NCBI RefSeq assembly: GCF_003231495.1
Contig: NZ_PQWO01000002.1
Coordinates: 450,001 to 482,000 of the forward strand
Source: Acaryochloris thomasi RCC1774
Lineage (GTDB): Bacteria > Cyanobacteriota > Cyanobacteriia > Thermosynechococcales > Thermosynechococcaceae
Length of the DNA stretch: 32,000 nucleotides
Direction: 5' to 3'
The position numbers and the translations under genes were made by a program. Of this stretch, positions 28,095 through 32,000 are shown in pieces. The notes below the pieces were generated by a model. That model saw only the letters and a program-made list of their open reading frames with translations, was not told the DNA's origin and searched no databases. How positions within the stretch are numbered: the first letter of the stretch is position 1; each line of letters starts with the position of its first letter.

Positions 28095-29393
28095 TTAGCC
28101 GACGGCACTGGCGCTGACGGCGGCAGTGGGTTGATAAAGCAGCTCTCGGGTTGCGGCCATTGCTTCCACCAGCTTGTCCATTTCTTCGTGGGTATGCAGT
28201 GCAGTGGTGGTGATCCGCATTCTAGGCTTAGCAATGAACCAGATCGGAGAGATCCAAATGCCGTGCTCGGAAAGCATTCGGACGCCAAACTCTTTCGGAT
28301 TGATCTCTTCCGGCAGCAGCACTGGACAGACGTTGGTTTCGCCCATGACTAGAAAGTCGTGTTCGATGAGACGCGATCGCAAGTATCGAGCATTGGACTG
28401 CAGCGTTTCCACAAGCCCAGGGTTTTGGCGCACCTGACGAATGCTCTCGAGGGCTGCGGCAGTCGTCGGGGGCGGTAGTGAAATTGTGCCAATGGACGTT
28501 GGCGACGTCTCTAGCAGATCTGTTAACTCTTTGGAGTTGCTGCTGATGGCGGCCCCCGCAGAAGCCGCAAACTTAGAAAACGTGGTCATGATCACCGGAA
28601 CCATGCCCCGGTCAACCACCTGCTGTGTCGTAATCCCAAAGTGGTCATAGATGCCACCACCGTTGGAACCAATAGCACCACTGGCGTGGGCCTCATCCAT
28701 CACAATCACGCTACCGGGATAATCCTCAAAAATATCGAGCATATCCGGTAGGGGTGCGATATCTCCATCCATAGAGAAAACCGCATCTGAAATAACTAGA
28801 ATGCGGTCCTCTGGTTTTGCATAGCGACGCACCTTGCGGGCCAGATCGTTCATGTCGCAGTGACGGTAAGCCTTGACCCGAACATTAGGGCTATGGCTAA
28901 ACATTTTCCCAGACCGATTCCCTGCATTGGCAATGGCTGAGATAATGCATCCGTGGTTGAGGATGTCCGTTAAAATCAACGTCTCGCGGTTGTTCTGAAA
29001 ACCAGGAACTGGAATGGCTAAATGGCAAAAGGCATCCATTAACGCCTGCAGCGCCATCCAAGCATTGAGAAAGAGGTGGGTGTGCTTTAGGTGCTTGAAT
29101 GCACCGATTTCTTGCTCTAGCTGTCGGTGCAAATCAATACGACCACTAAGGGCAGAGCAAGAACTATTAGATGTTCCGTACTGGTGAATGGCATCAATCG
29201 CAGCCTGTCTTACGGCCTCGGACTGTACAAGGCCCAGCACATCGTTAGAGCAAAATGACAAAGCCTTGTGGCGTTTACCGCTGTCATACTCTTCAATCTC
29301 GACCCAGTTGCCCTGCTTCTGATGGCAAATATGTCGGTCTGGATAAAGGCCATTTTTGTAAATAGCCTGCATGTACTGCTCTACAACGTCCAC
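28095..29393 (-). CDS. Divergent alpha-oxoamine synthase-family PLP enzyme (BioF/Kbl/SPT-like)
   Basis: SNDVLGL, SMDGD, DEAHASG and the PLP-lysine context TTFSKF are present. The glycine-rich and SG[FY]xAN blocks are atypical (GTSNSSCSALSGR; LNAWMALQ). The GTG start is preceded by GAGAGGAG. Confidence 0.8.
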   Translation of the reverse strand: MDVVEQYMQAIYKNGLYPDRHICHQKQGNWVEIEEYDSGKRHKALSFCSNDVLGLVQSEAVRQAAIDAIHQYGTSNSSCSALSGRIDLHRQLEQEIGAFKHLKHTHLFLNAWMALQALMDAFCHLAIPVPGFQNNRETLILTDILNHGCIISAIANAGNRSGKMFSHSPNVRVKAYRHCDMNDLARKVRRYAKPEDRILVISDAVFSMDGDIAPLPDMLDIFEDYPGSVIVMDEAHASGAIGSNGGGIYDHFGITTQQVVDRGMVPVIMTTFSKFAASAGAAISSNSKELTDLLETSPTSIGTISLPPPTTAAALESIRQVRQNPGLVETLQSNARYLRSRLIEHDFLVMGETNVCPVLLPEEINPKEFGVRMLSEHGIWISPIWFIAKPRMRITTTALHTHEEMDKLVEAMAATRELLYQPTAAVSASAVG

Positions 29394-29470
29394 AATTCGC
29401 TCCTCTCACCTGTTCCTGATGTCGCCGACTGGCTCATGTTCACTCTCTACGTACTCGCCGAACACTTGAG

Positions 29471-30604
29471 TTACTTCGCAGCAACCCTGTCAGCGACGGG
29501 GAGGGGTGTTATCTGATTTCCATTATTTTGACTGTCAGACTCTCTAGATTGTTGCATAAACTTAACATATTGCCCCACAATAACGCGCTGCAGAGCCAGA
29601 ATTGCAGGATTAACTTCAACATACTGCCGATCTGGATTCGCTGAATAGGTCCGCTGCTCACTTTCCATCATCTCAACATCCTGAAGCAGGAACTTCATAA
29701 AAAGTTTGTCGAGAATAAGCTTCTCTAACCCTAACTGAGAGGCACGGCGCAGCAGCCAGCTTGGTATCGGCAGCTTCAAAAACATTAAAGAGAAGGACCG
29801 GGTTTCGGTGGGGCCCACGGGAGAGCGCATTAGATGCAGCGAAGAGACGCCTTCCATGGTGCTGTGGTAGTGCGGATATCGATAGTGAACAGAAACCACG
29901 CGGGTCGTGACGCCTTCATTCTCTTTACTGAGGCCCAAGAACTTGGTCATGATGCCGGCATAGGAAACCTGATAGTCGGCTTTAACCGTATTCTCTGTCT
30001 GTTTAAGACTCAGTAAAACCGGATCAAACCAGCCCTGCAGTTCCTGATGGAGATAGCCGTGGAAAACATCCATCGTATTTTCATTACAGATGGAGAAGTG
30101 GGCCTGAAAATGCCCTGGAATCCGCACCATAAAGAATTCAGGATTGCCGTACTCTGGAACCTCTGGCAGAGTGGTCTGATCTGCCAAATCCCGATTGCCC
30201 GGAAAAACCCAGACAATGCCGTACTGTTCTTGCACCGGATAGCTGCGAGCTTTAGCACAGGGAAGCTTTTGCTCAGGCGGGAAATAGGGGATATGGACGC
30301 ACTCACCTTCACTATTGAACTGCCAGCCATGGTAGGGACAGGCAAGATGTGGGCCTTCAACCTTACCTTGATGGAGAGCGATACCTTTGTGGGGGCAGGC
30401 ATCTTCCAATGCGTTGAGATTGCCCTGCTGGTCTCGATACAGGGCGATTGCCTGTTGCCAAATTTGCACGGGTTGAACAGTTCCAGGCTGAAGCTGATCG
30501 GCCCAAGCAACGGGGTACCAGTGATCAGGGTTAATCCCCACCTCACGAACACGATTTTGAACCGTCTGTCCCTGTAGAGTTGTTGCTAGTTCCATAGACT
30601 CCAC
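29471..30604 (-). CDS. Rieske [2Fe-2S] non-haem iron oxygenase (PaO/VanA-like alpha subunit)
   Basis: Rieske motif CPHKG-x17-CPYHGW and a mononuclear-iron region NENTMDVFHGYLH. 377 aa, lying 77 bp upstream of the alpha-oxoamine synthase gene on the same strand. Confidence 0.85.
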   Translation of the reverse strand: MESMELATTLQGQTVQNRVREVGINPDHWYPVAWADQLQPGTVQPVQIWQQAIALYRDQQGNLNALEDACPHKGIALHQGKVEGPHLACPYHGWQFNSEGECVHIPYFPPEQKLPCAKARSYPVQEQYGIVWVFPGNRDLADQTTLPEVPEYGNPEFFMVRIPGHFQAHFSICNENTMDVFHGYLHQELQGWFDPVLLSLKQTENTVKADYQVSYAGIMTKFLGLSKENEGVTTRVVSVHYRYPHYHSTMEGVSSLHLMRSPVGPTETRSFSLMFLKLPIPSWLLRRASQLGLEKLILDKLFMKFLLQDVEMMESEQRTYSANPDRQYVEVNPAILALQRVIVGQYVKFMQQSRESDSQNNGNQITPLPVADRVAAK

Positions 30605-30969
30605 TTTTGACTGTGCCTATCCCTGAATAGTCACCATAGCGGATTCACCTGCACCATCTATACTTTGTGGGGCAATTTCTGAACCGTCACTGAGATATAG
30701 AGCGAGACAGGATTCTCAATCAACAATAGTACTAATGGGTGTTGTTCATTGCTTTTTGTAAGGGGGAATGAACGTCAGGTTTCTAAGCTGAAAAAACAGG
30801 CTTGAGGCTTCTGACTTGTTCAAATCTTCTGTCTGGGCGTATTGTATTGCGTCCTAGCTCTATTAAGGTATAGTCGCAACAGCATCTTGTCTCAATGCTG
30901 AAAGCGACCCTATTTTCTGTATCATCTTTGTCATTTGTGACTAAACTGACTTCTGCTCGGCCTCCGCTA

Positions 30970-32000
30970 ATGCCAAAAACTCGACGGTTCCCGAAGCTGC
31001 CTCAGCGATTTGCCCTGTTGGGTGTATTGCTCGCGGCCGGTTGTCTGAGCAGTGCGGTCGGGTCGATTGTGGCGCCGGTCTTTCCTGAGCTAGTTGATCA
31101 GCTTGGGTTTGATCCAGAATGGTCGGGGCTGTTGGTGAGTACACACACGCTCACAACCGCTTTAGCGACGCCTCTATTGGGTCTCTTGGCCGGTCGCATC
31201 GGTAAGCTCAGGGTTTTGGTCTTGTCTTTGGTGGGTTATGCCCTGTTTGGGATTTCTGGGGCCTTTGCCAATAGCTACGGCATGATGATGCTCTCCCGTG
31301 GTCTAGTCGGGGCCTCCAGCGGCGGGATTGCGGCGGTTAGTATTGGTATTCTCAGCGATCTCTATGACGGTGAGGCGAGATCGCAAATGATGGGCTATGT
31401 GACCAGCGCCTTAGCGACCGCAACCGTCATTTTCCCGGTATTGGGGGGCTGGGTTGGGAACGTTCGATGGCAGTACGCCTTTTATCTCTACGTCATTGGT
31501 TTACCTGTGGCCCTCGCTGCATTTTTAGTCGTGCGCAGACAGCCTGAGAGCGCCTCGCCGGCGGTTGATCTTAGTCAGGCGGACGGGATTGGTCAATATT
31601 TACGGCAGTCCCGCATTCAGGTGCTGCTGCTGGGTTTAGCGTTAACCTCGGCTCTTTTTTACGTGGTGGTGGTGTATGCGCCGATTTATCTGAAAACGGA
31701 AATTGGTGCCAGTCCGATCGTGAATGGTGGCGTTTTGGCCGCTCGGGCCATTGGAGCGGCTGTGGTTTCGGCTTGGGGGGCCAGTCAGCTTGCCAAACGG
31801 ATTGGAGCGAATGCGGCCATTGCGGTGGGCTTTCTGTTGATGGCAGGTTCTTTGACCTTGATTCCGAATCTACAGGAGCCGCCGATCATTGTTTTGGCGG
31901 CTCTTCCGTTCGGGATCGGGTTTGGATTTGTAATGCCGAATCTTTACAGCGCAATTGCAGATTTGACGCCCCAGGCCCAACGCACTGGGATGCTGGCAAT
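30970..32000 (+). CDS. MFS transporter, 3' end outside the window
   Basis: This ORF is not in the supplied track because it has no stop in the window. ATG at 30970: MPKTRRFPKLPQRFALLGVLLAAGCL.... It has multiple TM helices and an MFS loop motif GLLAGRIGKLRV (G-x3-D/G-R-x-G-R/K type). The frame is open to base 32000. Confidence 0.8.
   Translation, partial: MPKTRRFPKLPQRFALLGVLLAAGCLSSAVGSIVAPVFPELVDQLGFDPEWSGLLVSTHTLTTALATPLLGLLAGRIGKLRVLVLSLVGYALFGISGAFANSYGMMMLSRGLVGASSGGIAAVSIGILSDLYDGEARSQMMGYVTSALATATVIFPVLGGWVGNVRWQYAFYLYVIGLPVALAAFLVVRRQPESASPAVDLSQADGIGQYLRQSRIQVLLLGLALTSALFYVVVVYAPIYLKTEIGASPIVNGGVLAARAIGAAVVSAWGASQLAKRIGANAAIAVGFLLMAGSLTLIPNLQEPPIIVLAALPFGIGFGFVMPNLYSAIADLTPQAQRTGMLA

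Noticed and set aside
28074-28114. An imperfect hairpin (GCGCCAGCCGT...ACGGCACTGGCGC) between the convergent esterase and AOS genes, as a possible bidirectional terminator.
   Set aside because: The stem is interrupted, the loop is 17 nt, there is no U-tract on either side, and the 3' arm lies inside the AOS coding sequence.
30010-30577. Two long alternative-frame ORFs (180 aa minus strand, 176 aa plus strand) overlapping the Rieske oxygenase gene.
   Set aside because: The frame giving the Rieske and iron-binding motifs is clearly the real one. The others have no motifs and odd composition.

Overview
This 32-kb window looks like ordinary cyanobacterial chromosome. Support for that origin: at least 19 exact copies of the HIP1 octamer GCGATCGC, plus petH, chlP, sqdX, purH and a pentapeptide-repeat protein. 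I call about 33 protein-coding genes or pseudogenes, two intrinsic terminators and two copies of a G/C-tract palindromic MITE-like repeat. I recognised no rRNA, tRNA, CRISPR array, transposase or integrase. Gene order, left to right:
- a GGDEF protein (5' end cut by the window) and an EamA permease;
- a minus-strand signalling operon: CBS/multi-PAS histidine kinase, single-domain receiver, REC-PAS-GGDEF-EAL protein, unknown 141-aa protein;
- a rhodanese gene broken by two in-frame stops;
- a LuxR-type regulator, a Trm1-like tRNA methyltransferase, and an ABC ATPase with an internally duplicated membrane partner;
- a small islet of decayed nucleotidyltransferase (MNT) genes around a tiny membrane-protein ORF;
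- an unknown 275-aa gene coupled to a pentapeptide-repeat gene;
- petH (no CpcD-like domain) divergent from chlP, then a small secreted protein;
- sqdX and a SAM methyltransferase, convergent with an SRAP/YedK-like gene;
- a short pseudopilin cluster divergent from a polyprenyl-phosphate sugar transferase;
- purH, an esterase, a Rieske oxygenase paired with a divergent alpha-oxoamine synthase, and a 3'-truncated MFS transporter.
Nothing here is demonstrably a new system from sequence alone. The candidates I consider most worth follow-up are the Rieske/alpha-oxoamine-synthase/MFS cassette, the pseudopilin cluster beside the EPS priming enzyme, the unknown gene at the tail of the c-di-GMP operon, the doubly nonsense-mutated rhodanese, and the MNT islet.
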